Shown: positions 8,328 to 17,461 of the stretch, piece by piece
How positions within the stretch are numbered: position 1 is the first letter of the stretch
How the letters are laid out: the number at the start of each line of letters is the position of its first letter
Position numbers and translations under genes: made by a program
DNA from: a phage
Length of the DNA: 45,190 bases
Sequence record: PZ050807.1
Direction: 5' to 3' (one strand)
The notes under the pieces: model-generated
What the model was told of the DNA's origin: nothing
The model's database searches: none
The model's input: the letters and a program-made list of their open reading frames with translations, nothing else

Positions 8328-8606
8328 TTATGCGACCAATTCCGCAACCAATAAATCAGCGTCGTGAATGTTGTCGATTACGCGAACGTCGGCCCCGCGC
8401 TTCGCCATGCGCTCATGTTCACGTACCTGGTGCGGCTTCGGCTTACCACCGGGGCGCTTCACTTCAACGAATACGACTCTGCCGTTGATGATGATAATCA
8501 GGTCGGGGGCGCCGGTACGCCCTTCCCATGCCATTTTACGGCAGAATCCACCTGCCTCTTTTACCTCTTTCATCAGGTGACTTTGCACCTTGCCTTCAGG
8601 AGTCAT
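8328..8606 (-). CDS. VRR-NUC domain nuclease
   Basis: PDLIIIINGRVVFVEVKRPGGKPKPHQ matches the VRR-NUC (PD-(D/E)XK) signature; TAATG overlap with the polymerase stop. Confidence 0.6.
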   Translation of the reverse strand: MTPEGKVQSHLMKEVKEAGGFCRKMAWEGRTGAPDLIIIINGRVVFVEVKRPGGKPKPHQVREHERMAKRGADVRVIDNIHDADLLVAELVA

Positions 8607-10894
8607 TATTTTCTATACCTGTACATGATGTCGCCTTCAGCGGCGAGCGGGAAGCCCTTAGCCCACACCGGCAGATCGCACATTAACCGGCATAACTCTT
8701 CGGTCGTGTAATCGTCCGTGTCCGGCACTTCGGTGATTAATTCATCGTGCACCGACAGGACGATTTCGTATCCCGCCGCTTCGACACCAGGCATAGACCA
8801 TGCGAGAATATCGCGACACAGCGCCTGCACGATGTTCTCCGTCAGTTTGCCGCCGTAGGTGTACTGGAAGCCCCACTGGCGCGTCGTCTGATTCTCGCCC
8901 TGATATTTAATGCGGGTGCTGGTTTTCTTCTTGCCAGTATCCTCATCGATTTCAGTCGTGACAGACAGCGCAATCCCCGGATAGCTCATGATACGACCGG
9001 ACGGCAACTCCACTTTCAACCACCAGCCTGGCGCGTCCGGGTCGTCCCGCTCATCGTCAAACGTAGGGTCGTGCTTCGCCTTCGTGCGCATGATTTTAAG
9101 CGCCTGTTTGCCGTCTGGACGCACATTAGCACCGGCCCAGTATGATTTACCTGGATTGCGGATTGCGCACAGCACAGCATCTTCCAGTTCGGCCCAGAAT
9201 CTAACCGTTTCCGGGTGGGACTCACGCCACATACGCTTGATCGCATCGCAGGTAAGCCACACGTTCTTCGGCAGGATGTAAGTCGGTCGCTCGTCTTTCT
9301 TGCCGGGCTTCGGCGGACGCTTCGCTTCATTAATCCTCGCGTACTCGTACCCGCGTTTCGCTGCGGCCCATATGTGATCCGGGAACGTGCCTTTCATCAC
9401 GTCTGCCATCGCATACAGGTCAAGACCCAGGTTTTTGGCAAACTGCAAGAACGCCGCAACGCCGCCGCCGTAGCCGAGGCCCAATTCACACGCCTTACCG
9501 ATCTGGCGGAGGTCTTTGCGGTTGGCCTTGATATAATCCGGGTCGAGGCCGAACATCTTACCGGCAGTTTCGCAATAAATATCGCGTCCCGCCTTAAAGA
9601 CCATCAACGCAGTTTTCTCGCCCGCAATCCAGGCAAGGCCGCGTCCTTCCACGTTGGAGTAGTCCGCTACAACAAACTTCTTACCCTTAGCCGGGATAAT
9701 GCAGCCGCGTACGGTCGATGCTGTCAGCTTAGATATGTCGTACGCCCAGTGTGCGGTCCCGCGTAATAGGGAATTGATGCCGTTGGTTAGCATGTGCGAC
9801 CGGACCCAAAACGACACGTCGCTTTCACCATCACGGCGCTTGATCTTGCCTTCGTGGTCGTCGCTGTACTCGCCACGCGCCAGGTTTTGAGGCTGAAAAC
9901 CTTTACCGGCCCAGCGCAATGTTCGTTTAGCACCACCATACTGAAGACAACCACGGCGGCGACCGTCAGACGACAGACCGTTAACGAGCGGATTGTATTT
10001 GGTCGACGCCGTTGATGACGCACCGAGGCGCATTTCAATCAGAACTTTGCCCTCGTCCGGGAAGTCCGGGTCTTCCAGCAAATCATTCAGTGTGGATTTC
10101 TGCGCGTTATGGATAGTGAAAGCTGGCGCAATATCTCGTAACAACGGCAGGAAATCATTTCCGGTCAGCTTACCGCCAAACTTCTCCATCGCTTCTTCTT
10201 TCAGTTCTTCCTTGTGCGCTTCAACGGCCTTGATGGCGGCGTAGGCCAGTTCGGTGTCCACGTTGAAGCCGCGGTCATTGATCAACTGGTCAATTGCCAG
10301 TATCTGGTCTTCCTTCGGAGTATTACCCCAATCCGGGATACGCCAGTACACTTCACGCATCGCGATAATATCGAAGCGTGCATACTTGAGGAATTTGGCC
10401 CACTCTTCCGGGTGAGTCTCGCGAGTGTAGCGACGGACTTTGTAAGTCTTCGGCGTTGGCTTACAGAATCGCTTAATCAGCGCCTTGCCCGCTTTATCTT
10501 TCGCATGTTCAGCGTCAACGCCCAATACCTGGCATTGCATGTCAAGGCTGCCGGGGAGGGCGTGACGGAAGGCCATAATCATGGTGTCTTCGATCTGGCA
10601 AACCGGCAGGTCAATACCCCACTTCTCACGGATAACCAGGCGGTCAAACAGGAGGCCGTTAGCCATTACGATTTTTGCTTTCTTGCGGACTACCGCACGC
10701 AATGCCTTACGCAGTTCACTCGGCATCTTCGGCGATTCAGTAGCGTCCCACGTCTGAACACGGCCTTCATCAATGGCGTAGGTGCAGACCATGATTTCCG
10801 TGGTTGGGTGTTCTGCATACGCGTATGCGCCGACCTTCTTCAGATCAACGCCGCTAAACGTTTCGGTATCGAGGAATAGTCGTTCGAAGTTCAT
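8606..10894 (-). CDS. DNA polymerase, family A (T7/Pol I-like, with 3'-5' exonuclease)
   Basis: Exo I motif FLDTETFSG; motif B RQIGKACELGLGYGGG; motif C VLSVHDEL; start set at MNFERLF (ATG 10894). Confidence 0.9.
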   Translation of the reverse strand: MNFERLFLDTETFSGVDLKKVGAYAYAEHPTTEIMVCTYAIDEGRVQTWDATESPKMPSELRKALRAVVRKKAKIVMANGLLFDRLVIREKWGIDLPVCQIEDTMIMAFRHALPGSLDMQCQVLGVDAEHAKDKAGKALIKRFCKPTPKTYKVRRYTRETHPEEWAKFLKYARFDIIAMREVYWRIPDWGNTPKEDQILAIDQLINDRGFNVDTELAYAAIKAVEAHKEELKEEAMEKFGGKLTGNDFLPLLRDIAPAFTIHNAQKSTLNDLLEDPDFPDEGKVLIEMRLGASSTASTKYNPLVNGLSSDGRRRGCLQYGGAKRTLRWAGKGFQPQNLARGEYSDDHEGKIKRRDGESDVSFWVRSHMLTNGINSLLRGTAHWAYDISKLTASTVRGCIIPAKGKKFVVADYSNVEGRGLAWIAGEKTALMVFKAGRDIYCETAGKMFGLDPDYIKANRKDLRQIGKACELGLGYGGGVAAFLQFAKNLGLDLYAMADVMKGTFPDHIWAAAKRGYEYARINEAKRPPKPGKKDERPTYILPKNVWLTCDAIKRMWRESHPETVRFWAELEDAVLCAIRNPGKSYWAGANVRPDGKQALKIMRTKAKHDPTFDDERDDPDAPGWWLKVELPSGRIMSYPGIALSVTTEIDEDTGKKKTSTRIKYQGENQTTRQWGFQYTYGGKLTENIVQALCRDILAWSMPGVEAAGYEIVLSVHDELITEVPDTDDYTTEELCRLMCDLPVWAKGFPLAAEGDIMYRYRK

Positions 10895-11061
10895 TGTTTC
10901 ACCCTTACCACGGCCTCGGCGTCCCCTTTCAGAGAGTAGATGCCGTCGGTTATTGTGATTATGTCGTCGTTCTGTTTCACTTCGGCAACCGTGAAGTATT
11001 CGCCCAGGAATTTGGACCACACGCGCATTCCCGGTTTCACATCTTTAGCTTTAATTCTCAT
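10891..11061 (-). CDS. Small protein, 56 aa, translationally coupled to the DNA polymerase
   Basis: My own translation MRIKAKDVKPGMRVWSKFLGEYFTVAEVKQNDDIITITDGIYSLKGDAEAVVRVKQ; stop overlaps the polymerase ATG (ATGA); RBS AGGA; absent from the ORF track because it is under 60 aa. Confidence 0.35.
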   Translation of the reverse strand: MRIKAKDVKPGMRVWSKFLGEYFTVAEVKQNDDIITITDGIYSLKGDAEAVVRVKQ

Positions 11062-11075
11062 TACATTGTCCTATG

Positions 11076-11099
11076 AAAAAGCCCGCATAAAGCGGGCTT
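11076..11099 (-). terminator. Intrinsic terminator (minus strand)
   Basis: Hairpin AGCCCGC-TTTAT-GCGGGCT followed by TTTTT on the minus strand. Confidence 0.55.
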
Positions 11100-11117
11100 G
11101 AGTAGTGGGCTTTGCCC

Positions 11118-11891
11118 TTAGCGGCGTCGACGTTTACGTGGTGCTTCGTCTTCGTCATCGTCGTCATCTTCATCGCGTGACTTGCGACGTTTACGCGGCT
11201 TATCGTCTTCATCGTCGTCATCTTCATCACGGCGGCGCTTAGACTTGCGCGGTTTTTCATCTTCATCATCGTCGTCACGACGTTTTGACTTTTTGGATTT
11301 ACGCGGTGCTTCGTCTTCGTCATCATCCAGGTCGTCGTCAGAGCAATATGCACCGCCGCCGCCACCGAAGGAATCCCCATCATCACGGAAGCGCATACCC
11401 AGCAGACCACAGCCTAAGCCTTTGCCGTTGGTATTGTTCCAGGCCCAAATATCTAAGGAAACGTTGCAATAGCAACCGGAATAGATTTCCTTCCCTTCGA
11501 TTTCGTCGCCGTCGATGGTCAGACCCTGCTCCGTCTGCTTCTCGCCTTCGGAAGTCTGGATGATCGGCTGTTTGAATGATTTAGCGTTGATATACAGCTT
11601 ACCTTCAAACTCTTCCGTTACTTCTTCACGCTCATCTCCATCTCGAACGGCACATTCTTTCGAATCCTGCGCGTAGTGGCGGTCCATCCACTTATCGGCG
11701 TTCTTCTCAGACTTCAGTTTTTCGGTGAGCACTGCGCGTGCCGCCGCTTCCACTTTGTCCACCTGCGGATCTTCTTTATCAAGAATAATCACCGCACGAT
11801 ATGCCGGTTTTTGTCCATCCTGTTTAGGGGTATCACGCTCCCAAATTTTCAGGAAGCATACACGTACATTTTTCAGGTTGACTTTAGCCAT
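11118..11891 (-). CDS. Putative ssDNA-binding protein (gp2.5-like) with a long repetitive charged C-terminal tail
   Basis: N-terminus MAKVNLKNVRVCF resembles gp2.5-type SSBs; acidic C-terminus; start at ATG 11891 with RBS GAGGAA. Confidence 0.45.
   Translation of the reverse strand: MAKVNLKNVRVCFLKIWERDTPKQDGQKPAYRAVIILDKEDPQVDKVEAAARAVLTEKLKSEKNADKWMDRHYAQDSKECAVRDGDEREEVTEEFEGKLYINAKSFKQPIIQTSEGEKQTEQGLTIDGDEIEGKEIYSGCYCNVSLDIWAWNNTNGKGLGCGLLGMRFRDDGDSFGGGGGAYCSDDDLDDDEDEAPRKSKKSKRRDDDDEDEKPRKSKRRRDEDDDDEDDKPRKRRKSRDEDDDDDEDEAPRKRRRR
11121..11335. repeat. Imperfect tandem repeats of about 50 nt encoding (D/E)-rich/PRKSKRR peptide units
   Basis: Visible in both DNA and protein: DEAPRKSKKSKRRDDDDEDE / KPRKSKRRRDEDDDDED / DKPRKRRKSRDEDDDDDEDE / APRKRRRR. 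Confidence 0.5.
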
Positions 11892-11987
11892 TTTCCAATT
11901 CCTCATTTCACATGTATCGGGGTTATTAGAAGCCACCCCGTCCGGCTTGGTTGCTAATGTACTTGGTTGCGTTTCCGCGGTCAAGTG

Positions 11988-12222
11988 TTATTTATCAAAA
12001 AGTTTTAAAATCAGGTCGAGATATTTGTGCAGCCACACCAGTGGAGGGCGGTGCACGTTGTTTTCCATCCAGTTCAAACAGGCTTCGTTATAGCCGTCGT
12101 CCCATAAGCGGGATGGGTGGCGAATCATCCAGGCCAGCGCCAGCAGACCGCCGCAGGTATGTACTACGAATCCCAGCGCCGCAAGCGGCAGCACCATAAT
12201 CATTGCCAGAATCTTATTCATC
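11988..12222 (-). CDS. Small membrane protein, 78 aa
   Basis: Hydrophobic segment ILAMIMVLPLAALGFVV; start chosen at MNKIL. Confidence 0.4.
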
Positions 12223-13644
12223 GCCCAAATCCTCGTCGCTTGCTTCTTGCCATTCCGGGCGCGGGTCGTCAACTGGTGCCAGGACCGGTTTCGCCGGCGC
12301 ACGCGTGATTTTATCTTGCAGTTTCGCCCACACTTTCGGTTTCTCATCCTTCAGCACCTTCTCGGCATCAGTAGGGCTGATTAATGATTCCTTGTACATC
12401 AGGTCGCGCTTGATCCGGGCCGTTGTGAATACGGCGATAACTTCGCTTTCATCCTTCCACTTACGCGCACCTTCACGACCAGCTACCAGCTTCAGGCCCA
12501 GCGCTTCGCCGTCACCGGCTAACACTGCTTTGAATACGGCAGCCTCGATCGCTTTGATGTGCTGGCGCATGGTTTCCAGGCCGTCGTAAGCCTTCTTCAG
12601 TTCTTCCGTGGTCATAGCACCGGCTGGCGCTTCTTTCTTTCCACGCTTCGCACGTCGGGCAGCTTTCCGAGCTTCGAGGTCCATGTTCTGGTCGTGGTTT
12701 TTGCATTCTTCCTCGGCGGCAATGCTTACATCGTCACCCAGGTCTTCGTCGGTTGCCGTTGGTGGCGTTATTGTGTCGATGGCGGCTTTAGCGCGGGCAC
12801 TACATTGGTCCGCAAATCGACACCACTGACACGCATCGGCGCTCGGACGGAAGTCTGCACGGGTGAGATTCTTCTTACCCTTAGCGAGGGCATCCAGGGC
12901 GGCTACTGCGCGTTTTGCTGCGTACTTGGCGAAGATTTCCAGTGCTTCCACCGAAATATCCCACTCCGACGCCCCGCCGCAATACGGCTGGAATATGACC
13001 AGGCGCACGGTTGTTATGTCGTACATCTTTTGCAGCTTGCGCAGCAGTCCGAGCGCATACAGCATAAGCTGTTTGTTCTCTTTCGCCTCGACCTTATGGC
13101 GTCCGGTCTTCAGGTCGCCCACAATGAGCATGTACGTGCCGTCGGTCTTCTTCATCACCATAACCATATCGGCAGTACCGAAGGTCTTGATCGCTTCGCC
13201 GTCAATCTCGTAGCCTTTGTGCAGGACGCGAGTCAGATCCGCGCGCATCTCAAGCTGGACAAACTCGGCAACTTCAAGCAGCGGTCGCCAGTGGTCGATG
13301 TACGCGTCGCACTGTTTCACCATGTCGTCAGTTACCAGGATGGCGTCCTTAGGTGCTTTCGCTGCCGCTTTAACTGGTCCTTTACCCTGATTTTCGACGT
13401 AGCACCCTTTATATGTCTTCGCCGTGATGTGGTCTTCGCCTGCAATGATGCGGTTTAGTACCACTTCAGATACGGTGTGCATACTCGTACCGTTGATCGC
13501 GGCTTGCCCGGATTCGTTCGGAATACCTTTCTCCACCACCAGGGCGGCGGGACACCCCATCCATTTTTTAGCGCCGGATGGGCCAAGTAATGAGTGTTCT
13601 GTATTACTGCCGGATTGCGTCTTGCGCTTCGCTTTGATAGCCAT
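12214..13644 (-). CDS. PD-(D/E)XK exonuclease, Cas4/RecB-like with Cys cluster (recombination exonuclease)
   Basis: Nuclease core TADMVMV...LIVGDLKTG...QLMLYAL; cysteines in CQWCRFADQC; long charged C-terminal extension. Confidence 0.7.
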   Translation of the reverse strand: MAIKAKRKTQSGSNTEHSLLGPSGAKKWMGCPAALVVEKGIPNESGQAAINGTSMHTVSEVVLNRIIAGEDHITAKTYKGCYVENQGKGPVKAAAKAPKDAILVTDDMVKQCDAYIDHWRPLLEVAEFVQLEMRADLTRVLHKGYEIDGEAIKTFGTADMVMVMKKTDGTYMLIVGDLKTGRHKVEAKENKQLMLYALGLLRKLQKMYDITTVRLVIFQPYCGGASEWDISVEALEIFAKYAAKRAVAALDALAKGKKNLTRADFRPSADACQWCRFADQCSARAKAAIDTITPPTATDEDLGDDVSIAAEEECKNHDQNMDLEARKAARRAKRGKKEAPAGAMTTEELKKAYDGLETMRQHIKAIEAAVFKAVLAGDGEALGLKLVAGREGARKWKDESEVIAVFTTARIKRDLMYKESLISPTDAEKVLKDEKPKVWAKLQDKITRAPAKPVLAPVDDPRPEWQEASDEDLGDE

Positions 13645-13832
13645 TATTCGACCCTCGTAAATTGAGCAATATAATAATCATGCTTAATTCCTGCTTTCGC
13701 CGCGGCGTTATTCATTGTCGCGGCCAGTTCTTTCGCTTGCATCCAGCAACAATTCCAGTTCTGATTCATAATTATTTCCGGCTGTTCGTCGCCGGTGTTA
13801 CGGCAGCGAAATAAAACAAAGAAAATACTCAT
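13644..13832 (-). CDS. Hypothetical small protein, 62 aa
   Basis: TAATG overlaps at both ends imply translational coupling. Confidence 0.35.
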   Translation of the reverse strand: MSIFFVLFRCRNTGDEQPEIIMNQNWNCCWMQAKELAATMNNAAAKAGIKHDYYIAQFTRVE

Positions 13833-14083
13833 TATGGCGTCTCCCAACGGTCAATAGTTTTTGCTTCAGACCCAACTGCAAAGCGAACATATTCGTGATT
13901 CGAGTCCGCCCATAAATAAAAGTCTGGATTAGCGAAGGTCGTGCGTTTAATTTGTGCCGGTGTTTCCCGCTTCTTACTAATTACGGCAACGCGGGATTGA
14001 AAGGGGCCGGTGCGCTCGAATAGCCAGTAGTACGGGCGCTGGTCGCGCGAGTCCACCGCTTCAATTAATGTGAATCGTGCCAT
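13832..14083 (-). CDS. Hypothetical protein, 83 aa
   Basis: ORF in the early operon. Confidence 0.45.
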   Translation of the reverse strand: MARFTLIEAVDSRDQRPYYWLFERTGPFQSRVAVISKKRETPAQIKRTTFANPDFYLWADSNHEYVRFAVGSEAKTIDRWETP

Positions 14084-14096
14084 TGTCTCGTCTCTT

Positions 14097-14124
14097 TAAA
14101 AATAGGCCCGCAGAATAGCGGGCC
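14097..14124 (-). terminator. Intrinsic terminator or attenuator (minus strand) after the first early gene
   Basis: Hairpin GGCCCGC-TATTCT-GCGGGCC followed by TATTTTT on the minus strand. Confidence 0.5.
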
Positions 14125-14131
14125 TGGTATA

Positions 14132-14632
14132 TTAGTCTTCCAGTTCGAAATAGGTTTCGACAATTTCTTTCAGTTCGGTGTGGAAGTCTTCAACGTCGTC
14201 ATCTTCCAGCTTAGCCACAGTCTTGATTTCGAACGATTCCAGCAGGTCGTCAAATTCGTCGTTCGCGTCGTCATCGTCGCCGCCTGCAATGATTGCCGCG
14301 TATTGTGCAATTTCATCGCGCATTTCTTTCAGTGGATCGGCGTCTTTCTTAGCCTTGCCTTTGCCCTTGCCTTTGGCTGGCTTTTCTTCCGGTTCGTCTT
14401 CGTCGTCATCTTCTACGACTTCTTTTTTCGCCTTGCCCTTAGCCGTGGACTTCTTAGCAGGTTTCTTATCTTCCTGCTCGTCATCTTCGTCTTTGGCTTC
14501 TTCTTTCTTAGCCTTAGACGGTTTCTTATCTTCCTGCTTACCAACGGCAGCGCCATGGGTTTCGTAATGTTTAGCGATGGTTTCCAGTGCTACTACGCCG
14601 CGAGTAATCAGATTCAGGATTTGCTCAAACAT
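14132..14632 (-). CDS. Highly charged low-complexity protein (first gene of the leftward early operon)
   Basis: Start at MFEQIL (ATG 14632, RBS GGAGA); long K/E/D-rich region and acidic C-terminus (DDDDANDEFDDLLESF...EDDDVEDF). Confidence 0.5.
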   Translation of the reverse strand: MFEQILNLITRGVVALETIAKHYETHGAAVGKQEDKKPSKAKKEEAKDEDDEQEDKKPAKKSTAKGKAKKEVVEDDDEDEPEEKPAKGKGKGKAKKDADPLKEMRDEIAQYAAIIAGGDDDDANDEFDDLLESFEIKTVAKLEDDDVEDFHTELKEIVETYFELED

Positions 14633-14678
14633 GGTGTGTCTCCGTTTAGTTAAAAGTGAATGTCGTTTCGACGAGGTG

Positions 14679-14708
14679 AATAATAGATTGGTTGCAGGAT
14701 GGGTGTCA
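14679..14708 (-). promoter_or_regulatory. Leftward early promoter: -35 TTGACA, 18-nt spacer containing GCAACCAAT, -10 TATTAT
   Basis: Minus strand: TTGACA(14708..14703)-18 nt-TATTAT(14684..14679). Confidence 0.55.
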
Positions 14709-14715
14709 ACAACTA

Positions 14716-14753
14716 ATTTAAAAAAAAATCCCCGAAGCAAAACGCAACGGGGA
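14716..14753 (-). terminator. Terminator-like hairpin plus T-run (minus strand) upstream of the leftward promoter
   Basis: Minus strand: CCCCGTTGCGTTTTGCTTCGGGG followed by TTTTTTTTT. Confidence 0.4.
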
Positions 14754-14823
14754 TAACCATAAGAGACAATGAGACTGGTTTTATTATTACACGCGCGCGC
14801 ACCCGTTTCAATATACAAAACAG

Positions 14824-14852
14824 TTGACACCGGTTTAATTTGGGTGTAGTTT
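14824..14852 (+). promoter_or_regulatory. Candidate rightward promoter: TTGACA-17 nt-TAGTTT
   Basis: Consensus -35; weak -10. Confidence 0.35.
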
Positions 14853-14883
14853 CTTTGGTCATTAACCAACAGGAGACTGAATT

Positions 14884-15177
14884 ATGAATACGACTAAATT
14901 GAATGCTTTGTTAGATATGGTTGAGAATGGTGTTGATGTTGGTGCGGCCCGCGACGCTATTAACGTTGCGTTCAAAGACCTGGCCTACAAACTGGAATTA
15001 CTGAACGGTACGGCGGCGAGCAAGCTGCAAAAGCATAACGAAGAAATGGAAGAATACAAAAAGCAGGTTATCAGACTGCGCGAAGAGGGTAAGTCCTGGG
15101 CAATGATTGCCGAGCTAACAGGCATTAATCAAAGCACTGTACGCTCCTGGGTACGCAATGCTAAAACCGCTAAGTAA
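14884..15177 (+). CDS. Small HTH DNA-binding protein (putative transcriptional regulator)
   Basis: C-terminal helix-turn-helix SWAMIAELTGINQSTVRSWVRN; RBS AGGAGA. Confidence 0.55.
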   Translation: MNTTKLNALLDMVENGVDVGAARDAINVAFKDLAYKLELLNGTAASKLQKHNEEMEEYKKQVIRLREEGKSWAMIAELTGINQSTVRSWVRNAKTAK

Positions 15178-15189
15178 GGACTTGAGAAG

Positions 15190-17454
15190 ATGAGAAATAT
15201 AGAATTTGCGATCACACCCCCCGCTAAGAAAGGCGAATCTGCGGTAGCTCATAACCAGTCCATGACTACCGCCGAGTTTTTCGAATTTATCCAGGATGCA
15301 CCGGTAGTGTCGTCAGTTTGCATTAACGGTACTGAAGATAAAAAAGAATATGCGCGACGTAAGCGTAAAGGCGACGGCATTGTGGCTACAACCGCCGATG
15401 GCACGCGTAAAAAGACTGGCGTGGTTAGCCGCTCGATCCTGTTCTTCGACCTGGACCGTGCTGACAACCGCACACTTACCCGCTGCCGCAGGGCTTTCCG
15501 CAAGTCCGGCCTGGAATATGTCTACCACACCACCACCGGCGACCGCCACCCGTTGAAAGACGGCAAGCGCTGTGTGCGTTTCCTGGTGCTGACAAACAAG
15601 CCAGTTCCGGCGGAAGACTTGGGTCGCGCGCAGGCTGCACTGCTTGAGCAACTGGGTCTTACCGACGCGGGCTTTGATGACTGCTCGAAAGACACAAACC
15701 GCCTTATGTACCTGCCCCACCAGCAGGCTAAGGTCGAGTGTCATGAGGGTGAACGCGCTAACGTGCGTCGTCTGCTTCGCCTGGCTGACAAGATGGGTAT
15801 TGAGCAGGAAACGTTTCGCCGTGAACTGGTGCAGGGCGACGACGAGCAGATGAACGGCATCCTCGACTGGTGTTTCCAGGCTGGTTTTGAGCCGTTACCA
15901 TCCGGGCGCGGTTATGAAGTACCGTGCCCAAACGAACATCTGCACTCTGGTGAAGGGTCTACCGCTATCATGCTTAAGGATGGCGAGATTCGTTTCAAAT
16001 GTATGCACACCGGCAACGGATGCTGTTCTGAACTGAACAAACACCAACACCTGGCGCTGCGAATGATTGGTATCCCGGATATTTATAACGTGGAACCTCA
16101 CAACATGTCGCGCAAACAGATCTCGGCAATCCTGCCCGGACTGGACGATGAAGAAGTGGACGCGCAGTATGAGCACATGGTCGATCTGGTTGGCGAAGGT
16201 GAGGATTATGCGTCCTGTACTGACGCAGACCTGGAAGACGAACCAACGGCACTGTTCTCTAAACACGACCCGATCATCGAAGGTCTGATTAACTTCAAAT
16301 CGACCTGGTACGCAGCGGGTGAGTCGAACATTGGTAAATCCTTCTACATCCTGGGTCAGATGGCTGCCGTTGCCGCGGGCATCCCGTTCGGGGGCGCGAA
16401 GGTCGTCCAGTCGCATTGCTTCTACTTCGATGCGGAAGGTGGCGAGGCGTCCATCCAGCGTAAAGAAGCATTGCAGATTAAATATGAGCATGATCTTGAC
16501 AAGCTGCACATTGTTGACCTTCAGGCACGCGGCTGGGATATTACGAGCAAATCCGGCCTGCGTGAAGTAATCAGCTTTATCAACCGCACAGCGGATGGGG
16601 AACCGGTCGGCCTGGTGGCGTTCGACTCCCTTAACCAGACCGTGGCCCTGCGCTCGGCAGATGCCAAACCGTTCGACGAGAACAACGCAAGCGATATGGG
16701 TGAGATTGTCAAAGCGCTGAAGTCCATTGCGGAAAACACAGGAGGCAGTGCGGGCGTCATTCACCACCCGGCGAAGGGTGCAAACGGCAGCCGATCCCCG
16801 CGTGGGTCCGGTGCGCTACATGGCGCGGTGGATTCTGCATTCTTCCTGGAACAGCCAGACGAGAATCAGCCCGGACAGCTTAACCTGTATCATGAGAAAG
16901 CCCGTAACGGCGTAAAACAGGGTCCACGCGGCTTCGTACTACTTAAGTGCAAAGTGTCCATTAACGAGCGCAAGTCCGACACGTTCGAAGCGCACCAGTC
17001 CACTAACCCTGGTCCAGACTTCGGCGATGTGGTTGCCGGTTGGGACGTCAAGCCAATCCAGGCCACCCCGCGTGATGAGACTCTGTACCTTGTACCGGTA
17101 GCTCTGGCCCCGTTCGCTATCGAACAGGCGAAGGCCGCGGGCAAGCAGGCTGTTAAGGAAGAAAACCCCGCCGGTCCGCGCAATGAAAAAGAGAAAGTGC
17201 TTTACGCAGCGCTCGAAGCGTTGATGGAAGAGAATCCGGGACACCATGGCTTCAGCAAATCGGCAATCGTCCGCAAAGCCGGACTGGCGAAAGGTGGCAC
17301 ATCGACGAAGCCAATAGACGATATGCGTGAGCGCGGAATCATCGGCTTTTACAAAGACCCTGACACCGGGGCCATTTACGGGTCGTCGAATCTGGTTATC
17401 AATTCACAAATACCTATGCAATTGACGGCGACGGACGACGACCTTAAAGATTAA
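15190..17454 (+). CDS. DNA primase / replicative helicase fusion (primase-like N-terminal domain plus P-loop ATPase)
   Basis: Walker A GESNIGKSFYILG, Walker B LVAFDSLNQ; N-terminal primase-like region with Cys/His cluster (CPNEHLHSGEGS...CMHTGNGCC). Confidence 0.8.
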   Translation: MRNIEFAITPPAKKGESAVAHNQSMTTAEFFEFIQDAPVVSSVCINGTEDKKEYARRKRKGDGIVATTADGTRKKTGVVSRSILFFDLDRADNRTLTRCRRAFRKSGLEYVYHTTTGDRHPLKDGKRCVRFLVLTNKPVPAEDLGRAQAALLEQLGLTDAGFDDCSKDTNRLMYLPHQQAKVECHEGERANVRRLLRLADKMGIEQETFRRELVQGDDEQMNGILDWCFQAGFEPLPSGRGYEVPCPNEHLHSGEGSTAIMLKDGEIRFKCMHTGNGCCSELNKHQHLALRMIGIPDIYNVEPHNMSRKQISAILPGLDDEEVDAQYEHMVDLVGEGEDYASCTDADLEDEPTALFSKHDPIIEGLINFKSTWYAAGESNIGKSFYILGQMAAVAAGIPFGGAKVVQSHCFYFDAEGGEASIQRKEALQIKYEHDLDKLHIVDLQARGWDITSKSGLREVISFINRTADGEPVGLVAFDSLNQTVALRSADAKPFDENNASDMGEIVKALKSIAENTGGSAGVIHHPAKGANGSRSPRGSGALHGAVDSAFFLEQPDENQPGQLNLYHEKARNGVKQGPRGFVLLKCKVSINERKSDTFEAHQSTNPGPDFGDVVAGWDVKPIQATPRDETLYLVPVALAPFAIEQAKAAGKQAVKEENPAGPRNEKEKVLYAALEALMEENPGHHGFSKSAIVRKAGLAKGGTSTKPIDDMRERGIIGFYKDPDTGAIYGSSNLVINSQIPMQLTATDDDLKD

Positions 17455-17461
17455 AATTTGC

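Noticed and set aside
12559-13458. 299-aa plus-strand ORF antisense to the exonuclease gene
   Set aside because: Lies entirely inside a well-supported minus-strand gene with recognisable nuclease motifs; the translation is low-complexity with no RBS context, so it is a shadow ORF
15895-16767. 290-aa minus-strand ORF antisense to the primase-helicase gene
   Set aside because: Shadow ORF within a gene carrying clear Walker motifs; no promoter or RBS
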